In this document: positions 25,570 through 38,800 of the stretch, one piece after another
Numbering within the stretch: position 1 is the stretch's first letter
Layout: every line of letters starts with the position of its first letter
DNA from: Octopus vulgaris
Taxonomy: Eukaryota
NCBI GenBank assembly: GCA_951406725.2
Contig: OX597829.1
Coordinates: 41,354,001-41,418,000 of the forward strand
Direction of reading: 5' to 3'
Length of the DNA: 64,000 nucleotides
The notes under the pieces: generated by a model
Seen by the model: the letters and a program-made list of their open reading frames with translations, nothing else
What the model was told of the DNA's origin: nothing
Database searches by the model: none
Program-made: the position numbers and the translations under genes

Positions 25570-25995
25570 GTTTGAGGGAACATGTGAAAGTAGTAGACCG
25601 AGGAAGATGTGGGATGAAGTGATGAGAAAAGATCTTCAGATGTAGGGCCTTACAGAGGGGATAACAGGGGACTGAGACTCCTGGTGGCTTGCTGTGCTTG
25701 AGGAGATATGTCAAGCTAAGTGAAATCATGGTTGTCCTTGAATACAGGAATGTCCCCTGCATCCCTCTTCAGCTGTGCATTTCTAATTTTGCGGGCTTGT
25801 GTGTACCAGTGCCATGTGATACCCATCGTGCCTGTGCTGCATAAAAGCACCTGTAATACTCTGTAAAGTGGTTGACATTAGGAAGGGCATCCAACCGTAG
25901 AAACTATATCAAAATAGACATGGAACCCAGGCAGCTGGCCAGCTCATCAAACTGTCCATCAGATGCCAGCATGGAAAACAGATGCTAAATGAGGA
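25570..25995 (+). mobile_element. Decayed RTE-type LINE 3' end
   Basis: RPRKMWDEVMRKDL-like peptide followed by the same 3' tail; similar fragment at about 51890-52135. Confidence 0.65.
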
Positions 25996-26059
25996 TGTAT
26001 GTATATATGCTTATGAATTTGTGTTGCAAGATTCCCGATGTGAAACCATGTGTTGAAAC

Positions 26060-26732
26060 AGATATTGTTGTATTTTGGGATGGTTATTCATCATCAGCAT
26101 CATCGTTTAACATCCATTTTCCATGCTAGCATGGGTTGGATGGTTCAACCGGGGTCTGGGAAGCCAGGAGACTGCACCAGGCTCCAGTCTGATCTGGCAG
26201 TGTTTCTACAGCTGGATGCCCTTCCTAATGCCAACTACTCCATGAGTATAGTGGGTGCTTTTTACGTGCCACTGGCACAAGTGCCAGGGGAGGCTGGCGA
26301 CGACCACGATCATTTGGTGCTTATTACGTGCCACTGGCATGGAAGCCAGTCAAGGCGGTGCTGGCATTGGCCATGTATGGATGGTGCATTTTACATGCCA
26401 CTGGCACAGGTATCACAACTACAACTTCCATTTGATTTCATTATTTCTATTTATTTATTTTGCCAAATAAATACATGCACTATATATTTGCTCTTTACTC
26501 ATTTATTACTGCTCTTTTAATTCGTGTCCATTCTCCTGAAATCTTTCATCACACATCTGTGACCTCTTCAGTGACGCTTTCCATCCTTGTGGGTGCTCCT
26601 GCTCTGCTAAGCAGAGCAGGAGCACGCATGAGTTAAAATAAGAACAGTAATAAGTGAGTGAAGAATAAATATATAGTGCACGTGTTTATTTGGCAAAAAA
26701 ATGTATAAATAATAAAATGACCATCCCCAAAT
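26060..26732 (-). mobile_element. Second PLE-like family: short fold-back copy with an HHR core (26533-26576) between inverted arms, interrupted by an RTE tail
   Basis: Arms 26070-26088 + 26438-26520 versus 26633-26732; CTGAAGA-G-GTCACA gatg TGTGAT-GAAAGATTTC. Confidence 0.6.
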
Positions 26733-27614
26733 ACACACACACATTCACTCAAATTGTCATTATTTCTAACTGTGGAAAGTAGTTTTATATATGAATCTAC
26801 CTTTTGTTGAGGAATGCCAATTTTGAAACTATCTATTTTTTGGTAGATATTCAATATTACAGGAATAACTATGGAATTTAATTTTGCAGATAAAGGGTTA
26901 AGTATAATTAACCCTTTATCTGAGATGGTATGAATGAAATAGAATTATTAATATATAAAATAAAACAAAAGATGCAACATATAGTTAAGTTCATTTTTCA
27001 GGTTTAATATCAATGTGCAGCAACTTGGTTAAGTATCTCCTACTGCAGCTCCAGCCAAAAAAAAAAAAAAAAAAAAAAAAAGAACCCTATTGTGTATATG
27101 TGTTTGTGTATGCTGGTGTAAATCTGTGTAGAGGTACATCCCATTACATGTAAAGGTAACTTAATCTTTCAGTAGCTGCTAGGATCAATAAGGTTGATTG
27201 ACTCTTCAGCATTTAAACTGGCCATCTGGCTCAAATATGCTGTTTTGGATGTTCTAACCAGCCAGATCCTGCCTATCACATCTACCTTTCAATGCCATTG
27301 TAAAATATAAAATCTTATCATCAAAATTTTGAAGCTACAAAATAATGCATATGAATGTGTGTGTGTTTGCATTTCTGCATATCACTGGAGCTTACTTCAA
27401 CACTTTAACTTATCAGTTACTGTTGAACCACTTAACCCATGCCAGAATGGAATAAGGGACATTAAATGATGAAGATGATGATGATGACATATATATATAT
27501 ATGTATGTGTGAAAGTAAGAGAGCAAGAGGGTATATATATGAGAATGTAAATGTTTATATCCTTCTATAACTTGATGTATCTCAATTCTTTCCTCTCCCC
27601 AATTTCTTTCTTAC

Positions 27615-27703
27615 CTGTCCTTGCAGGTCAGCGTTTATTGCCATCCGACCATCTTTTGTGATCACTTTACCATTTTCATCAATGATAATCAAAGTAGGTA
27701 TAC
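27615..27703 (-). CDS. NXN: Nucleoredoxin coding exon 4 (GIPTLIIIDENGKVITKDGRMAINADLQGQ)
   Basis: Acceptor TTGCAG|GT and donor CAG|GTAAGA; 89 nt, phase 1/0; not in the ORF track, found by hand translation. Confidence 0.92.
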
Positions 27704-28633
27704 CTGCAATAGATTAATGAATTAATTGTTAAAAACAGGTATTATATATTGATGGAAGGATTTTACAATACAGAAAGATTAAAAAAATTTAAAAAAAAAA
27801 AGATTTCGAATGGACAATTTGAAATATATTTAGGATGTCCAAATTTCCAGCTGTGATAATAATGCTATTCATCTCATAGGCCATGCTGTCAATAACCATT
27901 CTCTTGAGAAATATTTACACCCAAAAATGAAACAATTGAATGAATGAAGAGGCCTCAACACAGAGTGGAGAAGACGGGCCTCTTTAGTCATGTCAGAGAC
28001 AAGTGCTGTCCAACCCATGTTGCAATGAGGAAGGTCATCCAGTTACAAAAATCCATACAAAATTTTGCTATGTGAGCCAAAATACAAGAATCAGAGAGGA
28101 GTGGCAAGATATCAACTTTAGTATGGAAAAACATGTTTGATGATGATAATGAGAACTATAATAATTCATCATGGGAAATTAGGAAAGTAAAATAAATTAA
28201 TTTCTTTTGTTTCACATTTAATTTTAATAATTAGAAAAGAGAGTTCTATGAGCTGGCTAATCTTTGGAATGCAATCACTATACACATGTACAATCAATAG
28301 ACATCCAGTAATGACATATTCTGTTGGGGGACTCTGGGACATTTTAGGAGCAAAAAAAAACTCACAAGTAGCAAGTGATAGTATTTTGGAGTAAGAGAGG
28401 ATGTAGCACTAAACAAATTCAGATAGTGATGTAAAGTAATTTGTGGTGACAATGACAAAATTGATGTATCAAACAGCATACAATGGCATACAAACCAGTA
28501 TAGGCAGATGAGCAAATAGAAAAAAAAAACAGATGTCCCCCTTTGGTAAAGCAAAATACTGCTTAAAAATATGATATAGGATTATTGGAGTGAAGATATG
28601 TGTTAGTTGTCTATATATACTTAATCAACTCAC

Positions 28634-28838
28634 CATAGACATCATAGGCAGATTTGAGGCAATGGGTTCGGGTATCATTGTAAGGTATTGCCAACCATGG
28701 CATTGTTCGGAAGTACTGCTCAAAGGAAACGTTACTGCGGTCAGACGAGACGAAGACTACTTCAAAGTTTCGCCCTTCAGATTTTAGTTTATCATACATG
28801 GCTGACAACACAGGTGTGAAGTGCTTGCAAGGAGGACA
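28634..28838 (-). CDS. NXN: Nucleoredoxin coding exon 3 (CPPC active site...FEVVFVSSDRS...MPWLAIPY)
   Basis: Acceptor TTACAG|TGT and donor G|GTGAGT; 205 nt; completes W|CPPC across the intron. Confidence 0.95.
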
Positions 28839-29092
28839 CTGTAAGCAGCAAAAAGGCATTCATTTAGGAGTGAATGAGTGTTAACATTAGATTCAGTTAT
28901 GAACAAATGTGCTAAAACTTGGATTCAAACATTGAGTTAGTGATTAGATTTGAACAGTTATTTTAATAATTGAATTAAGCTTAGATTCAACTTTAATGTG
29001 GAAGGAAACCTGAGGAAGATGAGCTGTTAAACATGAATAAGATGAAAACCATTGAAAGTATTGAGGGGTTTACATTTAATATTAAAATATAT

Positions 29093-30024
29093 TTAACCCT
29101 TTTGATACCAACCTGCCTGAGACCACCAGTACAAACTTTCTGGTTTAAATTAAAGCCTTCCAGCAAAATTCTATGTTACTTTATGCTCCAAACAGCAGCT
29201 TAATAATAACAAAGCTATTTTAGTAAATGTCAAGTACATCAACATCAAAAATCAATGGAAATTGTAGTTGTGATCCCTGTGCTGGTGGCACGTAAAAAGC
29301 ACCATCCGAACGTGGCCGATGCCAGCGCTGCCTCGACTGGCTTCCGTGCCGGTGGCACGTAAAACGCACCAATCTGATTGTGGCTGTTGCCAGCCTCGCC
29401 TGGCACCTGTGCCGGTGGCACATAAAAAGCACCCACTACACTCATGGAGTGGTTGGCGTTAGGAAGGGCATCCAGCTGTAGAAACACTGCCAGATCAGAC
29501 TGGAGCCTGGTGCAGTCTCCTGGCTTCCCAGACCCCGGTTGAACCATCCAACCCATGCTAGCATGGAAAACGGACGTTAAACGATGATGATGATGAAAGG
29601 ATGTGTATTTCTGTAGAAATATGGTAACAAAAGGTTTAAGTGACCAAAATATAAATCTTCCATTCAGATTTCATGTTAATTTATGTTCCAAATTCTAGCT
29701 TAATAATGACTAAGTTATTTTAGTAAATTCTTCCTTATTTTCAAATTATCTGGAAAGCAGTGTATTTCTGCAGAAACATGGTAACAAAAGGGTTAACCCT
29801 TTTGATACTAACCCGGCCAAAACTGCCTCTGGCTCTGTAGTACAAATGTCTTGTTTTCATAAGTATTAAATTAAAATCTTCCACCAAACCTTAGTCACAG
29901 TTTATGTTCCTAACACCAGCTTAATGATAACTAAGTTATTTTACTAAATTCTTTGTTCTCTATTTAAAATTAATTGAAAGAAACACAGAGCATCTCAAAA
30001 TAAATACGGCAACGAAAGGGTTAA
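29093..30024 (+). mobile_element. Cluster of piggyBac-type MITEs (two older copies plus 29797-30020), with an RTE tail nested at about 29230-29595
   Basis: Repeated CCCTTTTGATAC / GTAACAAAAGGG termini; a shared TTAA at 29793-29796; ends about 30 nt from the exon 2 donor. Confidence 0.75.
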
Positions 30025-30054
30025 AGGAGTCTTAGAATTAGAAGTTTTACTTAC

Positions 30055-30339
30055 CCAATGTGCTGAGAAATATAGACCTGTAATCTTCCCCTGCAGTTCG
30101 GTCAAGGCATCTACATATCCAAACGTTTCACCGTCAGAGTTATTGGTCAACAGCTTACCTCGAATCACCTCCTTAAACGGGCTTGGTCTCCATGGGAACA
30201 TCTCTCCTCGTGGGTCGTCTTCAATACAGCTGATACCATTTTTAGTGATAACTTTGCCAGTTTCAGTATCTAAAAGAACTAACATGGGTACTCTTGGAAC
30301 TGGCACTCGGAGAACATGGTATTTTTTGATAAGAGCTTT
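30055..30339 (-). CDS. NXN: Nucleoredoxin coding exon 2 (KALIKKYHV...DDPRGEMFPWRP...GLYFSAHW)
   Basis: Acceptor TTTTCCAG|AAA and donor TGG|GTAAGT; 285 nt, phase 0/0; clear NXN motifs. Confidence 0.95.
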
Positions 30340-31718
30340 CTGGAAAATAAATCAAAGATAAAAGTTAGTTATATATTTCTAGGTTGACATTCACGCTTCC
30401 TTTTATTAATCCCAACAAATTCATTATTTACTTTTAACACATTAATTAAAATTTCCTTTTCATTCTAGCAACCAAATAATACTTCATCGTTCATGAGATA
30501 ATACAGGAAGCTCTATGTGGTTGCAAGATCTACTGGAAATAGCAGCCAAATCTCTTTCAAACCATTAAAAGATGGAAGGAAACATTGCATAATTGGACAA
30601 TAACGTCCAATTTTCAGCATTCATTCCCATAAGAAATGAAGCTTTAAATCACAAATAACAACTATATGAACATGTTAATCTTGAGATTTACTTAACTCTT
30701 TTGATATTATTATGCTTAAGACTGGAGACGGCGAGCTGGCAGAAACGTTAGCATGTGTTGCTGTATTTTGTCTGCCGTTATGTTCTGAGTTCCAATTCCG
30801 TCGAGGTCGACTTTGCCTTTCAGCCCTTCGGGGTCGATAAATTAAGTACCAGTTACGCACTGGGGTCGTCCGTTTGTCCTTGTTTGTCCCCTCTGTGTTT
30901 AGCCCCTCGTCGGTAGTAAAGAAACGAAAGCTTAAGACTGTTCCTGGTTCTATGATACAAGCTTCTTGGTTAATTAAAATTTTCCATTGAAATATCAAGT
31001 TAAGAATTAATTAAAACAAAAGCAATATATTTCAATGGAAATATGGCAACAAAAGAGTTAAACTGTTACAGATTTCTTTCTTTCACTTTCAGCAGTTTCC
31101 AATCTTTTGCTTTTTTACTTGTTTCAGTCATTAGACTGCAGTCATGCTGGGGCAACAGTTTGAAGAATTTTTAGTTGAATGTATTGACCCTAGTATATTC
31201 TTTTTTAAAGCCTGGTACTTATTCTATCAGTCTCTTTTGCTGAACTGCTAAGTTACAAGGACATAAACATGCATATATGGCGTTAGGAAGGGCACCTAGC
31301 CGTAGAAACATTGCCAGATCAGACTGGGCCTGGTGCAGCCTTCTGGCTTCCCAGACCCCAGTTGAACCGTCTAACCCATGCTAGCATGGAAAGCGGACGC
31401 TAAACGATGATGATGATATATATATATATATATATATACACATACACACACACATATACATATATATATATATATATATACATACATACAATGAGCTTCT
31501 TTCAGTTTCCGTCTATCAAATCCACTCATAAGGCTTTGGTCAGCCTGAGGCTATAGAAGACATTTGCCCAAAGTGTCACACAATGGGACTGAACCCTGAA
31601 CCATGTGTTGGTAAGCAAGCTTCTTACCACACAACTATGCCTGTTGCAGAATTAAATTTGTAAATTTCTTGAAACTTTAAAAACTCATTTTGCCACTTCT
31701 AACTATCATAAATGGCAT

Positions 31719-32696
31719 CAGTGGTTCTTAACCATTTTTTTACCCGTGGACCCCATTTTCACTTTCCTATAGTCATGCATTGGTTTAAAAAAAAAAATTC
31801 CTGTTGTATTTTTACTATTAAACATTATTAGGAATTATGTAAAAAAAAATTGTTAAAATAGTTTCTGTATTGTTGAAGTATAACCAATTCATTATATATA
31901 AACTCTAACAACACAATCTTATGTAGACCCATAAGGGTCATATAAACCCCATTAACCCTTTCGTTACCAACCCGGCTGAAACCGGCTCTGGCTCTGTAGT
32001 ACAAATGTCTTGTTTTCATTAGTTTTGAATTAAAATCTTCCACCAAACCTTAGTCGCAATTTATGTTCCTAACACTAGCTGAATGATAACTAAGTTATTT
32101 TACTAAATTCTTTGTTATATTTAAAGTAATTGAAAGAAACACAGAGCATCTCAAAATAAATACAGTAACGAAAGGGTTAAAATATATAATAGAGAAAAAA
32201 GATTCTTAACCCTTTTGATACTAATCTGGCTGGAACTGCCTTTGGCTCTGTAGTACAAATGTCTTGTTTTCATTAGTTTTGAATTAAAATCTTCCACCAA
32301 ACCTTAGTCACAATTTATGTTCCTAACACTAGCTGAATGATAACTAAGTTATTTTACTAAATTCTTTGTTATATTTAAAGTAATTGAAAGAAACACAGAG
32401 CATCTCAAAATAAATACAGTAACGAAAGGGTTAAAATATATAATAGAGAAAAAGATTCTTAACCCTTTTGATACTAATCTGGCTGGAACTGCCTTTGGCT
32501 CTGTAGTACAAATGTCTTGTTTTCATTAGTTTTGAATTAAAATCTTCCACCAAACCTTAGTCACAATTTATGTTCCTAACACTAGCTTAATCATAACTAA
32601 GTTATTTTACTAAATTCTTTGTTATATTTAAAGTAATTGAAAGAAACACAGAGCATCTCAAAAGAAATACAGTAACGAAAGGGTTAAGAACCACTG
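31719..32696. mobile_element. Host MITE with CAGTGGTTCTTAA terminal inverted repeats (hAT-like), disrupted by the piggyBac MITE array
   Basis: CAGTGGTTCTTAA at 31719 and TTAAGAACCACTG ending at 32696; no clear 8-bp TSD. Confidence 0.55.
31956..32683 (+). mobile_element. Three tandem piggyBac-type MITEs (31956-32176, 32210-32430, 32463-32683)
   Basis: Each is about 221 bp with TIR CCCTTTCGTTAC...GTAACGAAAGGG and is flanked by TTAA. Confidence 0.9.
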
Positions 32697-33178
32697 AACT
32701 ACAAGCGTCCTAAATAAGGAGTTTCACTACCACTACATGTTCTGTTTTCTAATTAGGCAAAAATGGCCAGTTTGTTTGTAAAGCTGTTCACAAACATGAG
32801 TTATGCATGCTGAGATGAACCCTTATATATCTCTTCATAAACATAAGGTAGAAACAAAATATATAAAAGCAAAACGCATGCAAGACTGGCAAGACTGACA
32901 TTTACGGCAAAGATCTGGCAAGGAGATACAAAGGAACCTGCAGACACCATACCATCAGTATTATATTCAGAAGTAATATAACACTCTACAGCAGGTATCA
33001 CACCAAAGTTATATGTATTCATAGAAGGATGATTTAGGAGAAAGAAAGAAGGGGAAAAAAAAGAAGCTTAGGTATGACATCCCTGCTTTTGCCAAAACAT
33101 TTGCAAAAGTAAATAAATGGGATGACCCCAAAGAGGCACAATACACTTGGAAAAAAATAAAATAAAATAAAACGAAAT

Positions 33179-33590
33179 AGGCGCAGGAGTGGCTGTGTGG
33201 TAAGTAGCTTGCTAACTGACCACATGGTTCCGGGTTCAGTCCCACTGCGTGGCATCTTGGACAAGTGTCTTCTGCTATAGCCCTGGGCCAACCAATGCCT
33301 TGTGAGTGGATTTGGTAGACGGAAACTGAAAGAAGCCTGTCGTATATATGTATATATATATGTGTGTATGTGTGTGTGTTTGTGTACTATGTTTGTTCCC
33401 CTAGCATTGCTTGACAACCGATGCTGGTGTGTTTACGTCCCCGTCACTTAGCGGTTCGGCAAAAAGAGACCGATAGAATAAGTACTGGGCTTACAAAAAG
33501 AATAAGTCCCGGGGTCGAGTTGCTCGACTAAAGGCGGTGCTCCAGCATGGCCGCAGTCAAATGACTGAAACAAGTAAAAAAGAGTAAAAA
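33179..33590 (+). mobile_element. SINE family A
   Basis: Near-identical to 9428-9852. Other copies at about 5130-5728, 12130-12700, 23282-23660, 31110-31645, 34369-34700, 39774-40172, 46450-47122, 49306-49880, 56731-56880, 60898-61280. Confidence 0.85.
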
Positions 33591-36500
33591 AAAAAAAAAA
33601 GAATAGACAGATAGAAACCATATCACTATCATCATTTAAAATCTACTTTCCATGTTGGCATGGGTTGGGCAGTTTGACAGGAGTTGGTCAAGCAAAAGAC
33701 TATATCAGGCTTTTGTGTGTTTTGGCATGGTTTTTATGGCTGGATGCCCTTCCTGTTCAAACACCCTGCAGAATGGACTGAGTGCTTTTTACCATGGAAT
33801 GAGATATTGTTAAGAATGGCAGTGGAAGCTAAGAGAAATTTAAAGATCAGTATACTATATTTTTAAGAACCCATTTAACAGTAAACATGTTACTATGGAG
33901 TAATACATCATTTATTACTGACTAAGAACATACGATGGACACTATAAAAAAAAAAAATATTTAATTAGCATTTGCAGTGTTAAGTAAACTACAAAGAAAC
34001 TTTAAACAATACTAGAATGTGTTTGAATATAAATCCATTAAATTCATATCTTAGAGGACACAACATAACATTGGTGTTTATAAAAGGGGAAATGTACAAA
34101 TATATGTGTATGCATACATAGAAGGTTGTTAAGCCTAACCTTGTATAAAGCATGTCACACACACATTTGTAGATATGAAGAAGTATCTGAAATGTTATGA
34201 CATCAGGGTGCCTTTAGTTGAGTTCACCCTGTTGTAAACAATGAGGTCAGATGTCCAGTTTGAGAATAACTTCCTCCCTTCCTTCCACAAGGTTTGGAAG
34301 CCCTGAAAAATAAACAATGCCACCCTTCCCACTCTGACTAAACAATAAAACAAAAATAATATAAAGATAGGCGCAGGCATGGCTGTGTGGTAAGATGTTT
34401 CATTCCCAATCACATGGTTCCGGGTTCAGTCCCATTGTGTGGCACCTTGGGCAAATGTTTTCTACTATAGCTTTGGGCCTACCAAAACCATGTGACTAGA
34501 TTTGGTAGAAACTGAAAGAAGCCCATCATATGTGTGTGTGTGTGTGTGTGTGCCTATGTTTGCCCCACCCCCGCCGATTGAATAATTACCAGGCTTTAAA
34601 AAAACACAAGTACAGGGATCAATTTATTCAACTAAAACTCTTCAAGGCAATGCCCCAGCATGGAACGCAATCTAATGACTGAAACAAGTAAAAGAATAAA
34701 CAAACCTATTCTACAATCAAACCCTGTAGTGATGAAATTCTTAGGCTGCAAATTAACCTCATTGTTCACTTCTACTGTACTTTATTGTTCTTCAGATTTG
34801 ACAGAACGTTTAGTGCCGTGTTAAGTTACCGTTCTGCATCTGTAAGTGTTACTTTTTTTTTTTCCAAGATGAGAATATTTACTACTTAACACCCCGCCCT
34901 CCCAAAAAAGCAATAAATAAAACTTTATTCACAGTATTATATTATTTCTGTAAACTTGCATAATACTATTGTTAAATTTCAGGCAGAATATTATAAATAA
35001 AAAAAAATATATATATATAAGAGAAAATTTAAAAAAAAGTATTTGCTAGTAGCATTTCATAAAGTAGGAAAAAGGAGGATATGTGAAGTGAATCCTGTAA
35101 TATCTGTATTTTGGTATTGTAAAATGATACCAGGTTGACAGAACATCAGGAATTTCACTAAACTACACAAAGAATGAATAAATAAAATAAAAATACCAGA
35201 GGGATCTGTGAAGGCCAGAACTCAAAGGTTGGCAGAACACTAATATATATATATAATATTTTTATGAAACTTCAGAAGACTTTTACCCTCACTCCTTTGT
35301 GAGATGCAAACAACCATCTGCAGTGAATGGGGCTCTACACTGTCATTTGACTTGCTAAAAATAGCAGACTGAGTCACCATAGAGACTCATATTAATATCT
35401 TGAAACAAATCAAGCTCAAGTTGAATGTAGTCCTAGATGCACTATGACTAAATGACAGACAGGATGGTCACAACTTGAACGTCTTTAATCATATGTTTGT
35501 GTGGTTAGGGTTGATCTGGAGCTAACTAACCAATCATCCAACTGCTCCAAGAAGACTCATAATCCTAAAAAGCTCAAAAGTCACACTAACAGAGATTTTA
35601 TTCTCTGTTCAAATGTTGAGCATGAAATCAAAGTCAACTTGGTTGACTCTTGAAACTAATGATGATCTCTGTTGGTCAAAAAGTTTAGCCAAGTTGAATA
35701 AATTACTTTCTCAGTAGAGAGACAAAGTTTAATATCTTGGTAAAGAGTTCTGCCCAAAAGTATCAGACTTCTCTTTTTCAAAGCAAAATATTTTTTTTTT
35801 TCACTCTGTGAACCTTTTGACTATTTAAAAAGTTTCCAAAAGTAAGAGTAATGCTTCTATAAACAAAATGATGCATTTTTTTTCCTGTTTCAATTACTGG
35901 AATCTAAGACTGGCACATAGATAGAGGCAGTTCAGCTATCTTTTACTGAAAATGTTTATTCCTTAATTCCTTATTGTGGTATGTCCCTGCCATCACTGCT
36001 GCTGCTACTGCTCTATCTGCCTAACCCCTGTTTGCCACTCATATTTCACAATGAGTCTCATAACAAATTCCTGCATCAAACAGTCATTGATTCATGAAAC
36101 TTCACTCTTCCTATTTATGTGCTGATATATATATCCACCAAATAATGACATCCATATTTTCAAACCCTTCATCAACAACACCTCCGGCCCACTCTTCTAT
36201 GTGATTGCTTGACCTGGTAGATAGAGACAGTCTCTATGATGATGCCTGACCCACTAGAAACAGCAACCATATTCCCCTCAAATTACATCAAAGAAAAAGA
36301 AAATTAAAACACACATGGAATATTTAGTTCAAATATACAAAAAAGCAATAATGCCTTTATCGTAACAGGTCAGCTGGAGCAATGCTGTCCTAGACCTAAT
36401 ACAACATCATCATCATCACTATTTAACGTCCGTTTTCCATGCTAGCATGGGTTGGACGGTTTGACCGGGGTCTGGTAAGCCATGGAGGCTGCACCAGGCT

Positions 36501-38099
36501 CCAGTCTGATTTGGCAGAGTTTCTACAGCTGGATGCCCTTCCTAATGCCAACCACTCCGTGAGTGTAGTGGGTGTTTTCTACGTGCCACCGGCAAAGGAG
36601 CCAGCGCAGGCTGGCAAATGGCCACGATCGGTTGGTGCTTTTATGTGACGCCGACATGGATGCCAGTCAGGCGACGCTAGTAACTGCCATGTTCGAACGG
36701 CGCTTTTACGTGTCACCAGCACTGGTGTCTTAACTACAATTACCATTCGAATTTTTGATGATGATGAACTTGACTCAACAGGTCTCCTCAAGAACAGTGG
36801 GTGCCTCTTTCTAATCCAAGAGGATGACATTTCTTCATTGGACATTGTAAGAATGGAAATTATAACATCTTAGGAACCTCCATTCTTTTCAATAATTTTT
36901 TTTATGCTACCACAATTTTATACTTATATTGCACAAAGCAAAAAGAAACATCTAGAACAACTAAATTATTTTTATTATTCAATACAACTCTCCTTTAACC
37001 TCCACATTCATAGTTACATATTTACAAAATATTCACCATGTTTTTGATAAAAATCAACATGCCCCATTACAATATTTATTTTTCAACTGATTATGAGATC
37101 CCAATAATCTGTTAATAATTAATAACTGATGTGATTTTCTTTCTCTATTTGTAGAAGCCCATTAATATAATGCGTTCTCATTAATAATTTATGAAACCAA
37201 CCTTAATGTAATCTAGATATCTTTTAAATATAAATAATAATTCATTGTAGTAACAAGTTATTCATTATGGTCAGTTCATATTAAGCAATAATCATATCAG
37301 CAAAGCATATGCAAATGGAGATCTCTGATACACACTTCATCAATTCTGATATACGCCAAGTTTTCCCTCTGGTAAGTTAATTATCAACTCGCCATCGCCA
37401 CTAAGAAAGCACATTATACTATGAAGTAAGCATTATTAACCCCACCCTAAACATGTTCAACATGCAACTAAAACTCTTTAGGTTGTTTCAAGTGCTTGAT
37501 CTTGCCATTACTGAGGGTTTCTCCTGATAACACACACACTCAACACAGCAAAGATTGTATTAAAAAGACTGGTTTTAATTTTCCTGGGTCAGCCAAAATC
37601 CCTCATATGAGACCTACAATGAAGTACTACTCTCAAACCTTGATGGTACTACTGTTACACACACTGACATCCTAGATCCCATCTAAGGAAAGGCCAAAGG
37701 TCAACAGATTGACACAAAGCCACTCACCAACACTCTCTAACCTCTGGCCTTCAGATGTGGTCTGTAAGAAATAGCAGCCAAATACTCCTTCAACACTACT
37801 ACAGTAGCTTCTCTTCCTCAGAGCTGGATGGCTTCATGTTACACTCAAGTACACCTAACTCATTTGTCCCTCCTCTCCTCATCCCTCCAAATTCAAACAC
37901 ATCACTACCTACTCCATCTTCTGTAAAACATCATCTTTAGAATACTCTTAGCAAGATTTCCCTGCTGCAGTTGTTGAAAAGGAGCATTGATTACATTGAT
38001 TTCAACAGTCTTAAAGGGACTGAAAAAGGACATGGTCACAGCTTTTTCCTCTACATCAGAAACTTTTGTGCAGATAATAGTACACTTCCCTGCTCATTA

Positions 38100-38800
38100 A
38101 TTTTCTTAACATAGGCATTATTCACATGTAGTCTAGACGTCTCAGGCCAAACCACTACTGACTCCATGAATAGATCTTTGTTGTGTTCTTCTACAGTACA
38201 AAACCCATTCAATGTGCATTTCAAGGTAATATTTTATCTCACCCTCTCTATCTTTGGACAACAGCACTCAACTAAAACCCTAAATGTCAATACAAACATT
38301 AGAACTCAATCACTGATGATTACAACAAAAACTACATCCTAAATATCAACCATCTTCTGCAAGAGTAGAAAATACTTCGCAAAACTGATGCTTCTCTACA
38401 AAGCCCAAGTGAGACTCACTTTTACTCTGATATGTGGAAGGTCCTGCTTAAGCACGTAACGGAATATTGTTCCGGCAACCACAATGGTGTTATGCTGCTA
38501 CACATACAAACACCTCAGACTGCGTCCAAAAGAAAGCCATCAGACTGATTGGCAAGGTCTCCCTTGTCAACATATTTCAATAAGTTATTTTCTCACTCTG
38601 CTGCCTCATTTATTGTTACTACAACAGTCACTTTTCATCAGAATTACCTAGTTTCATGCTATCATCACTCATTGTGTGTTTCATGAAGCCTACCACCACC
38701 ACCTCACACTGCATTAATCACTACATCTAGACCTTCTTCCCTAGAGTATTGGCTCTTTGATATTCTCTTCTTAACTAAATTTTACCTAAAGCCTGAGAAC
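38100..38800 (+). mobile_element. Highly decayed CR1/Jockey-group LINE 3' remnant
   Basis: Fragments translate to LLYKAQVR, DCVQKKAIRLIG and TFFPRV, resembling the RT C-terminus of this group. Confidence 0.5.
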
